Positions 49,694 to 63,586 of a stretch of 63,586 nt of DNA are shown here, piece after piece. The notes below the pieces were generated by a model. The model was not told the DNA's origin and searched no databases. It saw only the letters and a list, made by a program, of their open reading frames with translations. Made by a program: the position numbers and the translations under genes. Source of the DNA: Nemertoderma westbladi (taxonomy: Eukaryota; Animalia; Xenacoelomorpha); contig JAUCBJ010002120.1 in the NCBI GenBank assembly GCA_032718475.1, positions 1-63,586 on the forward strand. The letters run 5' to 3'. Positions within the stretch are counted from its first letter, which is position 1. Every line of letters starts with the position of its first letter.

Positions 49694-52600
49694 TTAAGCA
49701 CGTGTTTCGTTCAATTGTATTCCAAATGGTTTGAAAAACTTTTTTTGAGTTTTCGACGTTGGTGACATTGATTTACGATAGCAAAGTTGGCATATCCATT
49801 CATCACCCATTCGAGAGAGATTTGTACGACCGTCACAATTGATACAATAACGATTAGTTTGCATGCCAGTGCATTCAAACAATTTATTAAAACAAGAATA
49901 TTTAGCAGCCAACCAATCCTTTATAGGTACAGAATCAGCTTCATTAATGCCATCCTGTCTTAGTCGACGGGTTACTAACTGAAAGAAAGTCACTCGTTCC
50001 GTCATCAGCTTATGGTACAAATATGTTATTCGACTAATTTGTCTGTTGGTATAGAAATATCCAGCCAACCTATGGCGAAGTCGAAGGGCATAAGCCTGTA
50101 GAATGGTAACCAGGAGTGTCAGTATGTAGAGACCCCCAATCTGGAAACTAAAATCGTAGTTGTATATAGAAGGTAAATCCGGATCCGGCAAACAGATATC
50201 AGTTCTCGTTTCATCATGGAAAGTATTTAATGAAGTTAAAGTTTCAGGAAATTCGCTTTCAATCAAAGTTTTTAAATTTGGACTAAATGTAGATCCATTG
50301 GAGCCAAAATTAACTTCATATTGACTTTTTGCATCAAAATACATCGTTGTATTTGAATGACGTCTTATCAAATCCATAGTGAAATATATTCCGTAGTCAA
50401 CAGTGCAAACCAAGATGCCTACCAGAATGATAGCAAGGTAGGCCAGCAGACCAAGTAACAACGATTTGGTTTCCATTCTGCTTAGCCACCAGGAGTTCAC
50501 GTCAATTAATTCACGCCTTTCTTTTTTTCTCAGAGGGAGAAGACGTTTTTTATTGATTTTCTTTCTGCGATTATCAATTAATTTTATTTGCGATGTTATA
50601 TAAATATTATCGAAGTCAAGGTTTGTCTTAAATTTGCGGAAGTAAATTATGGCTTCTAAAAACAATAGCACTAAGAAACATGTAAGTGCACTAACAACGA
50701 TTTTCATTACGTAGGTTAACAGGCGTGTCTTTTCTTCAAATTCTTTCTTAATGTTTTCTTTAATTTCTTGTAAACATTTACCACTTTTAAATGTGAAATA
50801 ATTTTCCAGCTGAACAACTTCAAATTCATTATCGTATTCTCTAAAGTCCTTTGGTATTTCAATTGGAATATTATTGATTTTGAAGGTTAACGATATTTGA
50901 CCCCCAAAATCGATTGTTTTCATTATAATATTTGTAACTTTTTCCATTTGTCGAGCAACAGCTTCAGTCATTTCCTAAAATAAAAACGTATTACAAAATA
51001 ATAACCAATAGGAGGCTTAATATTACACAGTAATCGAACAAAAATTATCAGTGAGTTAAGGATATTTAGGGACCGAGATATAGATACATACGAGTCCTCC
51101 TAGCCTGCTGTTGCATCGAACGCAATATGCAATAACTCACATCTGTTTTGTTTGCTATTCTTTGCTGTAGGTCCTCAGCCTCATCAGCAATGTAGTCCAT
51201 CTGGCATCTGTAAGAATCTGTCAATTTTTCTGCATTCATCATAATATTATTGACGGGATGGTTGAGTAGAAGTTGGACAATAATTGTAATTAAAACAGCC
51301 TTTCCCCTGTTTGTGGCTAGAGCTGGGAATACTAATGCAACAACACACCTATGGAATACAGTATAGGAATACTTCATTAATATCATTGTGACCAATAATG
51401 GTATATTCAGATTCACTAAACATTGACAATATAATTTATTTATGTTCAGATTCCACGACAACGATATTTTACACGCAGTCAAGGCGATCTAGAACTAGAA
51501 CGCCTTGAAAAATAATATTTTCTTTAAAATATTTCCTTTAATGTCCAGAAAAGTGCGGACAATAAAGACTTCAATGTCCGCATTTTGCGGACGATAAAGT
51601 AATAATAAACGATATTATAATGATAATTAATAATAATAATCTTCCAAAAATGATGATAAAAAAATATTTATCTAATCAACGATCTAGAAGATTATTCTGC
51701 TGATTTCTCATCATTTGTTCTAGGTCAGTAATTACGTTGGTAATTTATTAATAAATGTAGCATTAAAATGTTTAGTTGTTGATCTTCTTCCTTCTGAAAT
51801 GTTCTTCCTCGATTCTTTATTATATCTCGAGTGAAAATAATTCTGCATTATTCAATTCTGTTCAATTCTGCATTATTTACCATGCAATGAATGATTAATT
51901 CTATTATGCATCGGTACCATAGTGTCTTAGAAACAGTAAAATAGGCAAATGATTTAACGATATCTTTGTAGACTCTATTATAGAGCCGAAACCGTTAATA
52001 CTGGGACAAGATTCACCCATCACATGTCCGATGGCATATATTATTATGATCATAATATTCAAATATACCAGCAGCTACACCACTACCTGAGTAAGAAAAC
52101 AAGCATTTTAGTGCTTCACAACTTGTCAAAATAGGAATAATATCTATATTCATATGTAGAAAATTCTTCTTGCCTCATAAAATATAATATACTATAAACT
52201 AAAAACATTACCTTGCCTTTGTAGAAAAGGACATTCCAATGCAGACGAGGAATGTAAAAACCCCTCCAATTATATAAGCTTCCACAGGTGGCCACTTAAA
52301 TTCTTCTACTATTTTAGTAGATTCCGCAAATGAATCATCAACACACCCATTTTCAGTTTGCAATAGTCGATGTCTTCGAGGTTGAGTTGTGTTAACAATA
52401 TTCACAACATGTATTTTGTGATACTGCAACATAAATTAAAACCAAGTTGTTAACAAATTAGTAGGTTATTTTTTCTCAAAAGTTAACAATGTGGTTGAAG
52501 TAGACCTTGAGGGAGTCTAACTGCATATGACCATTGGAAAAAATAGACCAAATGGCCAACCACATCCGCAATTGCCACTTTTCTTGTTCTGAAAGACTAG

Positions 52601-55600
52601 CTAAGAAGTTTCTTTACGTGGTTCTGATTGTGTGATATTCACTGAATTGTGTTGCCTCAGTAGAGGAGGTGGTAACTTTCTACTACAATCTACAATCAGC
52701 CACTGATGGAATGGATCAGCATAAATTCTGAACACTGACTGCATTTACACTTCCCCCATTCGCCTGTGAGAAACAGTTCCTATTTAACTTCGATATAAAA
52801 TAATTATCCTAGACAGAGCACATAATCCGGAAGTGATAAACGATCCTCACTAAGCCAAATGATGGATCCCCGGCCCAAAAACATTAAGTCACACACAGGA
52901 AGTCACACAGAATTCATCGGAAACTTAAGGTCTGATTATTTAGAGCAGCAGTAGTCATAGACCATGCTGGTCTATAACTGCTGAGGACACCAAATCTTTG
53001 TATGGCAGATGGCACATTCACAAGAATGCTACACCGGGATCACTGTGTCAAGTACAATGCACACATCTCCAACCAGACACTATATAACATTGGAGGTGTC
53101 TCATTGGTTCCCCCAAGCTTGACACTAGGACAAAGTCGCCTCCGCTTTGCAAGACATTTCTTTCGCCGTGAGGACCAGCCAGTGCATAATCTTCTACTTT
53201 GGCAGCCTCATGGAGTGAATAAGCATGGTGGACAGCCCATGAGTTTCTTGAGATGCATCGTAAAGGACACTGGCCTTGAAAATGCGGATGATCTAGCAAA
53301 TGTCATGGGTGATAGGGAGTTGTGGAGGCGCAATTTTGTCGACAAGTCGGCGCAGCATTCTTAATATATATATAATTCAGCTGCAATGCAGCATGCCGAT
53401 CGTTGGAGTAGTAATTTTACTTTTAAGGCTGAATCTCCAGCTGATTGCATCAATTGTTGGAAGGCCCACTTTGAGAAGCTCTTAGCAATGACTGGGTATT
53501 GTGTGATAAATACGTGACTTTGTGATAAATGATCCTGTGTTGGGGTCTGTACTAACAGATATGATATGAGTTGGCTCATCTCTTCACTTCTGGATCGACT
53601 TACCTGGAAGTATCCTTGACTCAATAAGGCGAGTAATGTCATTAGCGCTCCAAATATTAGACCCGTTATACAACAAAAAATAGCCCGTTTTATTCTCAAA
53701 CTTGGACTGTCCATTGCTTTAGATCTAATGAATTTACTGACCGCATGGCGCGAACGTTGGCTGTTTGAACGGAAGAAATATTTGATTCCTGATGGGCTGC
53801 TTGTCTGCAACAAATAATATTTTAGATGTAAATCAAAAACGAACACTTTTAACAATGAATAAACAAGATTGCAATCATTTCCACTTACCAAAGTAAGGGA
53901 AGTTTATATAATGATTATATGAGTTATTTAATTCTAAAGGGGCATTGCATAGCCGCCCGCAATGTTAAGAAAATAGCGAAGCAAAAGACAGATATACAGA
54001 ATGATAACGTTATTAGATTATGCGGTTTTGCCCAAATATTCTCTATTTCATCATGTAGGCCTATATATTGCTTTAAAAAGAGATATATATGACAATTGGG
54101 ACACGGACAATTGTGACCCGTACAATTCCGATTAAGCATGTATGTCCTAGTCAGTATCCGGAAAGTTCGGACCCGGACAATTAGGACAAAAAATTTAAAA
54201 ATTATTATGAGTCCGAATTGTTCGGGTCCCAATTGTCCGCATCCTTTAAAATTACATTCATTTAATATCTAAGACTGTACACATTTATCATTGTTTATAC
54301 ACTCACACTCATAAAAAATCAATAGAATAATAAAAACTAATAAAAGTACAGTGCGTTTCAATCAATCAGATAGGGTAGAATCTTCACGAAGACAAATCGA
54401 AATTGGGCAACTCTGTGACATATGACTAGTTTTTGGAGCCTCACTGAAACTCAGTAGTTAGAATATTTGCGTAAACCCAGGCCAAAAGGCCGAAAAACTT
54501 AATTATCGCTGGTATTAGTATTTTTTTTATATACCATTTTTTTTGTGTCAACCCCGCCCGATTGAGCGTTTGTCAGCCATCGTCTTTTTATGTGTGTCTT
54601 AAGGGCCTTAAGACAGACCCGTTTACACTCACCGGTGTGTGAGCAGTAACCTACCCGTTGACAGGTAGTTTGGTCCCAATGGTTAGTATAAAGGTATTGA
54701 AGCAGTAAGACAGTGGTACACTACCCGGAACACGTTCGCACTCAAGGGTACCGTTGCGGTAACTGGTCGTCGTCTATGTGTTCACAGTTAATTGAACAGT
54801 CTAGACAATCATTTTATTAACATTATTTCAATAGACTGCGGTAAACCGCGCGGTGCACCGCAAAACTACACGTTCGTCCGTCACATTCAGCGGTAATCAA
54901 TATCATTTTACAGCTCAGTCACCGCTCGAATACCGCAGAGTCGTTCACACTCAGCGGTGTACCTCTGGCCCTGCGGTACACCACACGGTTTACCATTCCG
55001 TTGGATATGAATGGGCATGTAGGCAGATAAAACTGTACTCGCGCGCCGGGCAGTATTTCTACGCTACCTTGAGATCAACATGATCAGTAATTGTACTCTT
55101 CCGATTTCGTCCAAATGACATACGAAGTCGTGCGATTAAACTACCTTTACGATTACGAAATCGCACAGGCTGTGGGATACCATCATCAGTTGTTAGACTA
55201 GCATCTGGAAAACATGAAATATTGAGTTTTCATAAATACTAGTATAATTTACTTTATTGTACTTTATACTTGTATTGGTTCCACAAATAATAATACTATA
55301 AAGTAAAGAAATTTGAAACATGAAAAACACCAATGTTTAACCTTCGCTGTAAATCTTTACATAGAAGAATTCATAGTAATTCGATGAAGATAAATAATAG
55401 ATATTTTTAAAATATTTAATGAATCAAATTCAATATTATTAATATTAACCTCGGCTATCTATCTGGATGACTTTATTACTAAGTTTAAATGAAACAGATC
55501 GTTTGATTTCTCCATCAATATCATCCAAGGATTCGTTTGTACCGAGAGAGAAGTCTGTCGAGACGCTCCTATTATCATCAATCGCAACACCAAGAGAATC

Positions 55601-55777
55601 ATCATCTCCGTCTATAGAATTTCTTTCCACAGCTTCGTCTGATTCTGTCACATCCACTGATACTTCGTTATGAAACATTCCACCATCAAGCTCATTAATT
55701 TCTTCTTCATTGGATGATTCGGCGCCATTGCTGCAGGATACTATGGTATCAAAATCGTGAGTATTAGTAACAGACAT
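49694..55777 (-). CDS. DC-STAMP family multi-pass membrane protein (DCST/Sneaky/SPE-42-related), ~788 aa, 6 exons
   Basis: Exons 55777-55450, 55204-55068, 53804-53604, 52423-52212, 51348-51141, 50974-49694 join in frame at GT-AG sites. Motifs RCVVALVFPAL...GKAVL, PVNNIMMN, FDNIYIT, LLPLRKKE, VDY, CLPDP, QAYALRLRH...YFY....RITYLY. The first two exons are least certain. Confidence 0.85.
52500..53375 (+). mobile_element. Internally deleted RTE-group LINE remnant in a DC-STAMP intron
   Basis: ORF 53002-53364 has RTE-like C-terminal motifs (DGTFTRML, HISNQTLY, RLRFA.H..R, LLLWQP.G, KDTGL, M.DRELWR) followed by a (TA)n tail. Confidence 0.65.
54074..54250. mobile_element. Small MITE with GACAATT subterminal repeats (Kolobok-like, TTAA-flanked)
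   Basis: GACAATTGGGAC at left and GTCCCAATTGTC at right; TTAA near both ends. Confidence 0.4.
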
Positions 55778-57225
55778 TGTTCTAATAATTAGAATTTAAA
55801 GTCCCATACTCTTCAAAGAACGTAATATTTTTGTAGCAAAAGGAAAAACTATAAAATCAAAAAATATGTGATATAAAATGCTTTTAAATACAAATTGAAA
55901 TACAAACAGTTTGAAATCATGCAATATTTAGGATTATAATTTAATTGTTAAACACAAAAAAGTGGAGATATGTGAGAACAATTATCTACTTCCTTTTTAT
56001 TTTCTTCCTAAAACAATTATTTGTGGAAAAGATATTATTATGATAATTTTGGCTACCCTAACTAACTACGCTCAGGAGGTGTGGAAAGCAACACTAAATT
56101 ATAGATCGTACAGTAAAAATTAATTGTAACTGCTAAGACTGCGAATAATAGCCTGATACCTGCAGTTTATAATAATATTAAACCGTTATATATTAATAAT
56201 TAATCAAACATAAAACGATGTTAGCATTTGATTAGTCATTAATATAAATTGATGGTGAGTTTTATCTAATTAGTTCTTTGTCCTTTTGTATTTGTTAGTA
56301 ATTAAGTATGGTTGTTACTGTTTCTGTATGTTGTCGGAGTCTATGAATGATAACTAACCATCCAACAAATAATAATTATTAATAAGCTATACGAAATACA
56401 GCAAGCATAGTAATAGAGCCCACAATTGTAATCTGACAATTTTTAGACGAAAATAATACATAGTACATTGAATAAAATGCAGATGCAGTATTGCAAGGAT
56501 ATCATCATGCATGGATGCCTTCAGTAGCATTGGCTATTGGAATATATGGCTATATGGAATTTCGACCTAAGAATAAATTTGTGCAATCTTCATTCGAGAA
56601 TTTAAACTTTCGTATTTTACAAAGATAATGGTACGAATGGAATATGGTCTGGGCCGTTAAGACGGGCCCGGGGCATCCTAATTGACACCTCAAAACTCCC
56701 CCCCCCCCACCTCCGTGATACAAAAATAAATTGAACTGTAGTATTATACAACATTGCTTCCATAGTTACTGAGATTCAAATTATTGTACTATACAACTCC
56801 TGATGCTGCCTTACTCAATGTTAAATAATTTAGTGTTCTCGAATATTTATTACGTAACTAGAGAGCCGCTTAACTACATAAACCAATATTGGATATTGAG
56901 TTCCGTTTTGGAGTACGCCTTGCAGACACTAAAGTTGCAGTAACTTCTGAGTGTGTGCATATATTTTTCTCAAATTACTTGCAAACCTTTTTACTTCGAT
57001 GCACTTTCAATACATGTAATAAAATCACGATATTCCACCAAAAAATAATGCGCCGGGAAAAAAAGTAAAATCAATGCAATCTTATGGGTTGCTTATTTCC
57101 CTAAGGAGAAAAGTACTCTCTTTTCTCCCGATTTTGGGGTATATTCGAGCGAAAAAGTAACAATTTAATAATATAAAATGTATAATGTATATTTAATAAC
57201 AAATAAATTAAGTTAATATGCAAAG

Positions 57226-57336
57226 GTCGAATAATCAAATCGAAAGTCGATAATTTTTACCTGATTCCAAGCGAAAAAATATATGGGAAATCGGAGACGA
57301 AAAACTCCTATCGATTCAATTCGATGCCAGTCCCTG
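57226..57336 (-). mobile_element. DNA-transposon terminus matching 2643
   Basis: Minus strand CAGGGACTGGCATCGAATTGAATCGA. Confidence 0.4.
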
Positions 57337-58079
57337 GGTATTGTATATGTATAATGGTGCCAATTGGAGTATGTGATAGTCGGTGTTATAAATTTCATAA
57401 TTGCATGAGTATTACTGTAATATATATCATAGCATTTAATTAGTAATTTGTAGTCAGTCGTAATGCTACTGTATATATCGAGGCATTGCGTTACTGACGT
57501 TTATTGTCTCTGCGCTGTCTCCGCGGAGTATTGACAAAAAAAAACAATAATAATTAATTGTAAAGGTAATTGGAATTGTAAACGTAGCGACTTGCAGCTG
57601 ATTGGAAAACGGGGCATCAAAAGCTTTTAAGAGTTTTTAATTGGTTCCGAACCACTGGCACTGCCTTTGGGACTTTTGATAACTTCATTATGAAGATGAA
57701 GTACTGATTTGTATTTAATGTGTATCAATGCGTGCGCGGTCCACGAAGCCAAGGTAAGTCAATTTTCGCTACAGTAATTTATGTTAAATCTATTATCTAT
57801 CTATCTATTAAATCTATTATCTATTGCTACTGTTATTTGTTGGCACTGCGTCTGGTGTGTCATTTAATTTCGACAAAATTAGTATCTCAATTCTTTAAAC
57901 AAAATATTCAAAAATCAATCTTAATTAAGCTATATATATCTTAAGCAAAATAAATTGCGTTTATATTGTTTTAGTCGTCTTTAGGGATGAAGTAAAGCAA
58001 AAAGTACACCTGAGGTCACAAGGGTTAGATCAAAGTCAAATAAGGGCAACGCCCCTGTGATGTTCTTACATAGTGAATT

Positions 58080-60360
58080 CCTAATCCATTATTTATATCA
58101 ATTACTTCTAGTATAAGTTTTGACAAGCAAGGCTGGTCCACTCATTTCTAGCGGCCAATTCATTCCACTACTTTATTTATTAGTTCTGGTGGAATCTATA
58201 CAGACATTTCCGAAATACCTGAACTTGATTTCGAATGTCGATAATGTTGATATGATCTTGTTATAATTTTCGTTGTGCAGAGCTTGCGAATTCGCTAAGC
58301 TTTGTCCAGATGGGAACGAACTGGTCACATCCGAAAGCGGATCAGATAAAATACGCGGAAATCATACCTCATCAGGTTCTCCTCCATGAGGAAGTAGTAT
58401 TTCAACCTCATCACACAAGATCGATCATTTAGATGATCTGGTTTTAGCGCCACCATTAAATATGCAAGGATGCAAGTAAGATATGTGCCCTGTACCCTGT
58501 GTCCCGGGTTATCGGGAAAATATAACTCCCCTGGCCCTATGTGGGGAGAGAAACCACAACCTCTGGAGAGATTTGAATTCAAGGTAATGGATGTACGTAC
58601 ACCATACTCCAAAGTATGACTCAAACAAATTAAAGCAATTAAAGCCCCTCACTTCTATCATGATCGAATATGCAATTATTGTTTGCTGAATATGGATATA
58701 TGTCTTTAGTTAATTGTATAATTTGGGAATATTGCAAAGGTTAAGTTTTTATCTTGACATATAGATTTGTGCTCAATTGACTGGCAGGTGTCCGTGAGAT
58801 TCAGTTTAATCACTGCAATATATTGAGGTAAAAAGTAAAGTTTTATTCGACCTTTAGGAGTAGGCCCAGTGTGCCGGGATTACACACAAAGTGTGGCAAC
58901 ATATTTACATTGTGTCCACCCCCCCCCCCCCCCCCCCCACCCAAGGTGACCTTTGCAAACGGTAAAGGTCTCCTTGCCCCCACCCCAGAACTACCTGTTC
59001 AGACGAAAACGGTAGGCCTACTCATTTAACAACCATTTAAGAGTGCAAGGCAAATATGCATCATTTAAAGCATCTTAATGTCATACCGAGCGAAACGAAA
59101 ACTGACGTGGCCCCCTTGCTGGGACCAAAAACACAACCTCCTGAAGATATGTGGATCCAATCCGTGTGGTATGTATGAAAACCTTAGTTCTTTCCTTTTT
59201 TGTTTGACTTATTTTTATACATGGCGCTGCCCTGTAGGATAGATTTTCATTACAGGACAGTGATTCTTGTGGCCTTCTGCAAGGCCAATATATCCATAAA
59301 CTTAAAAACTCATTTATGTTCATTTTGTGGTTACATCATAACCCATGCGAAATATCAGATCAACCTGACAGTAATCGATGACCTGTGTAACTTTACGCGA
59401 CCTACGAACCATTATGAACTCCACTTGTTTATTGGACTTGATCAACAACTGGGAAACTCTTGCCTCGAGAACATTAGTCTAATTGAGCCACTCTGAACTG
59501 AAGTCTAATCTCGGAGCGAAATGTCTGGTCATCATCAAAATCATGAGGAAACTTTCCAGTCGAATAAAACCACATTTCTGGTCCTCATTATCTTGCAGGG
59601 TTCTGTCAACATCGCAGAACCAAAGTCCTCACCAATGCATTCCGATGGTTTCCTCCTCTAGACCTATACCAGTGGAATATCCAAAAATCACGTTGGGTTA
59701 CCATTCAAAGTGGGTCGGGAACCCTGGAATCCCACGATTCACAAGTCAGGAATAGCAGGAATGCCTATGACCTCGGCGTGGCATGCGAATCCCTAAAGGG
59801 TAAATATTTCTTTGCCAGACTAACCCACTTCGATCTTATCAATCACTACAGCCCATTGGTCCCATGTGGAACCCTCAAACTCCTCCACATGGCACAGCAA
59901 GTTTAAACGAACCTCCAACTTAGTGGCCGACAAAACAAATTAAACAACAAGCATTGTAAAGTCTATTAATCTCTGCTACCATCCCACACTGCAGTCTCAA
60001 ATCTCCTATGTCCAGTTTCTGTCTGAAAAAGGTAAATTAGGTCCTCCATATTTGGGGAGTCGAACTATATCTATTTATCCTGCGTCTCTATTGGTCGGGC
60101 TGAGCCCACTGTTAATATCTATATGCTATATGGGTATGATGGACAAACTCATCCTCAGCGCACAGCGCCTGAAATACGGGCAGAGTTGCCAATAATATCG
60201 CGCAGAGAATCTTGGCCTTCAGTAATACCACCCGCTATGACGGGAATAACTTCTGTATGGCTACAACCTGTGGGAAGTTCTATCGGTAGGCCTACACTGC
60301 CGGTCCCGGTACATGAAGAGATCGCGGAAACCAACAACCGCCAAAATTCCTAACAATTCC
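58080..60360. other. Degraded, higher-GC, probably retroelement-derived sequence (unassigned)
   Basis: Composition shift and fragmented coding-like sequence; no diagnostic motif recognised. Confidence 0.2.
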
Positions 60361-60852
60361 AAGATTCAATAACCGCTACAATTAAGTAATTCGTATTACT
60401 AAAAAGAAATGCACCGTTTCGGATTATATGGAATGCAAATAGACATAATATATTATTCTATAATATAAAACTGGGTTAAATAGGCTTTACTTTTATTTGG
60501 CATCATACAGTAGCATAGTGTGTCCCCGGTATAATGTGTTATGTAGTAAGGCATAAAGGGAATCGATTCTCCTTGAAGTAAAATGACCCATATCCTATCC
60601 ATCATATTATGTTGGATTTAGCTGCCCATTTATAATGCATGATTCCCACCATTGAAGTGGTTTCTCTTTGTGAAGTGCACGTTCTATAAAGAAGTGAGAC
60701 AAAGGGATAATATATCGTCTCGGCGATTTATCAGTGTTATTCATAAATGAGGGAAAGGGTGCCAGGCCAGTATGCTGCGCAGGGTGCACAATAGGGCGGG
60801 ATGAAAAATTGTTTTCCCCATTTTGTTGAGAACAAAGGGTGGATGCCAAATG

Positions 60853-61330
60853 TTATTAGGAGCCCGCTCGATAGCGGGATACTTACTGTAAAATTCTCAG
60901 GTTATTAGGAGCCCACTTGACAGCGGGATACTTACTGTAAAAATCTCAGGTTATATAACACTGACTGACTGACTGACTGACTGTTAGGAGCCCGCTCGAC
61001 AGCGGGATACTTACTGTAAAATCAGGTTATATAACACTGACTGACTGACTGACTGATAATTATCCAGACGATCCAGGTTCAGGCACTTCCTGCCTGGCGA
61101 TTTTGTTGAAATTTTACAAGCACATTGCTTTGGTGGTTCATAATCGCGTTACAAAATATCAGATCGATTCTATGTGTGGTATTCGATATATTTCGTTTGG
61201 TGTTCGTTTGTTACAGCTGGTGTTCACGATGAAATATGGCTTAATATGTTAGAATTATAATAAGTTGTGATATAAAACCTTTTACTACTATTTTACCTTA
61301 ATTGACTTCTTTTCTCAATTGGTAATTAGT
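60853..61330 (+). mobile_element. Helentron-type element family B, with triplicated 5' end and (ACTG)n
   Basis: TTAGGAGCCCGCTCGA.AGCGGGATACTTACTGTAAAA at ~60853, 60902 and 60984, followed by (ACTG)n tracts. Confidence 0.55.
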
Positions 61331-61349
61331 TTACTTAATTAGAATTATA

Positions 61350-62731
61350 ATACACACGTTCGTGGGGCTATCGCGCAGGACGAGGCTCAGTTATCAGCTA
61401 CAGATTAAAATTGAGCAACTGTATCACAAAATCAGGTTTTGAGAAATTTACCCACACCACCAATCAATCAAAGAAAGGGGGACAGTACGTGTTCACCCCT
61501 TTTAATCTGCACCCTCCCCCCCCCCCACCCTTCCCACCCACCAGTACTTTATAACTACCGATGCCTTCAATAGGCGAAGCCAGGTATGGTTAATAGGAAT
61601 ATAGTCTACTCAGTACTCGTCTTCATTATATGCCTCGTTGCGCTTGTCGCTCGTCCTGTTTTGCATTAAAATATTTTTCCTAAATGCAGACTGACAATCT
61701 TTATACAGTTATAACTTTGCGAAGTTTCGAAACTGTGCGAGTAACTGCTGATACATCTATGTGGAGATGTGTGATACAACGCCAATGCATCGTATGCCGA
61801 TGTAGTAATATGGATATTGAAATAATATTAAATCAATGTACACTCTGAAAGCTGCAGCGAAAAAATGTAGCTAATTTCCTAGGTTACATATAAAAGAATA
61901 ATATTATTTTTAAGAACATTAATTTTACTACTTTGCAAAAATTCAATTAAAAAAATACATTGTGGAATAAACTATTTCAGATATAAGCCTACAACAGTCA
62001 TTATATCTTCTGTCACCTGAGATAGTAAAGTAATACAACATTTATAGTATAGAGTCAATAGGAATTGAAATACAGGCAGTGTATGGTTGGAGTTATGTCT
62101 GGGATGCTATAGCAATACTACTGGCTGCCTATTACAGTACAATTCCCCTCTGGTAAGGCTACACCAACATCTCCCAGCCAGCTAGCAGCTCTACACCCCC
62201 GCAGAGACTATGTTGACCAATAATGGGCAGGATTAAATTTGTACTCAATAATTGTGCCGCTTTAATTACGTTTAGATCAATTAAAGACACATTTATTAAA
62301 GCAAATCACTTGAACTAATTAAAAACTATAATAGAATGGGGTATGTGGATTACATCTGTATAATTTTTAAGTATAATTATTTAAATCTTATACTGTAAAA
62401 TAATTAATTTCCTTTAACAGGCAGGTTGTTGAAAATGCAGTTTTTACCGTAATCAACTTAATTAACTAATTAATTGCTATTCTCTTAGCTTCTCGAAGGC
62501 CACACGGAAATTCAACTTGGAAAATTTCTAAACTTTTGCCAGACTACATGTGTACCAAGTTTGGTTAAATTTCATTAACATTTGGCTGAGTTATTAACGT
62601 TTAAAATTGGACACAACAGAACGACAGAACAACAGATCGACAGATCAACAGAACAACAGAGCAACAGACACACCGATTGAGTTAGTGGTACCTGTATGCT
62701 AAGCTCGCTTACTTTCGTCGCTCGCCCCCCA
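61350..62731 (-). mobile_element. Inverted copy of Helentron-type family A
   Basis: Reverse complement of 4080-5670 over most of its length (e.g. 61423-61505 vs 5518-5600; 62270-62610 vs 4180-4520). Confidence 0.8.
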
Positions 62732-63586
62732 ATCATTGTAAAACGTGTTGGTTGCCAAATTTTACTAGTAGGTGATAAGGAAAGGCAATGATTACTCACA
62801 CATAAGCTGTGGGTTTCCAATGTATTACCCCATAAGCTGATTGCTCTCCCAGTGCTTCCTAAGGTGTTAAAGCTTTTGCGGCCAAAATGTCCCCATTTTA
62901 CACAATGCGCTGGTTACTCTAAACCCTTGAAAAACTCTCAAGAGCTTTGTATTTTATGAACTGATGTAAACTTACTCCCTCCAGCGTTTATTCTCAGTAT
63001 AACACTTTCCCCTACATTCCCACTAAAACCCAGATGCTCAAATTACGAAATCACTAGCCATATTGGATATTATTCTCTTTGTTTACATGCTTCTTTGTTA
63101 GTCCCCGTCCAATCAGTATACTTTCCCTCCTACGTCACCCCATACACTAAATTACCGGATCCATTGGTTATGGGTTGATGGCATGGAAACTGGTCCCTGA
63201 TTGGGAGTTCTTGCATGTTCCATACGTTCTACGGCGTTCGATATGATTCATGCTTTGTGAACTACTTGAGGCAAGAATATTCTTGCAGCCCTTCAGTAGA
63301 GTTGTGATTACCTTATTCACTTCCTAACCCTTTTTGCCCAGAAACACCAGTGGCTAGAAAGATTACAGAATGCAAATCTATTAAACGTTTACGTTTGCAT
63401 TCATTTAACCGTCCTTCAATACTCACTGCATCACATACTGACTGTCTGATATTGCCGCAACACCACATTTTTATACTGATTTATGCTGTTATAATCTGTT
63501 GTTATTGTATCATATGGATTCATGTTAATAGTTGGAGAATACTTAGGAATAACCAGTAGATCTCTTGGTTTTCATGATCATTGAGG

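Noticed and set aside
53889-53933. Extra 45-nt DC-STAMP exon (minus strand, AG...GTAAGT)
   Set aside because: Open only as phase 1-1, incompatible with the flanking phase-0 junctions
62740-63586. Gene at the right end of the window
   Set aside because: Only short ORFs with no recognisable domain or consistent splice pattern

Overview
AT-rich, intron-containing animal (probably bilaterian invertebrate) genomic DNA, not prokaryotic. By hand-splicing at GT-AG junctions I can build four multi-exon genes: (1) a DUF4062-NACHT-TPR STAND protein (6696-10923, +, ~1221 aa); (2) an SLC25A29/45/48-like mitochondrial carrier (22361-32353, +, ~330 aa) whose intron 2 holds a full-length, very young BEL/Pao LTR retrotransposon; (3) an unusual STAND protein with pentapeptide repeats, an nSTAND3-like NTPase, a 22-aa repeat and ankyrin repeats (34575-46370, +, ~1132 aa); (4) a DC-STAMP-family membrane protein (55777-49694, -, ~788 aa). 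The rest is largely mobile and tandem DNA: Helentron/Helitron-type non-autonomous elements, TA-flanked MITEs (one carrying a nested CRE-clade LINE), SINEs, LINE remnants, and 3-, 23-, 29-, 33-, 36- and ~147-bp tandem arrays. The most notable signals are these. The BEL element lacks a tRNA primer site but has an 11-nt PBS complementary to its own LTR, suggesting Tf1-like self-priming. The pentapeptide-STAND-ankyrin gene has its Walker A split by an intron whose donor site is tandemly amplified in frame. TE-borne ~147-bp repeats each carry an extended CTCF-like motif. All family assignments come from motif recognition by eye; no database searches were run.
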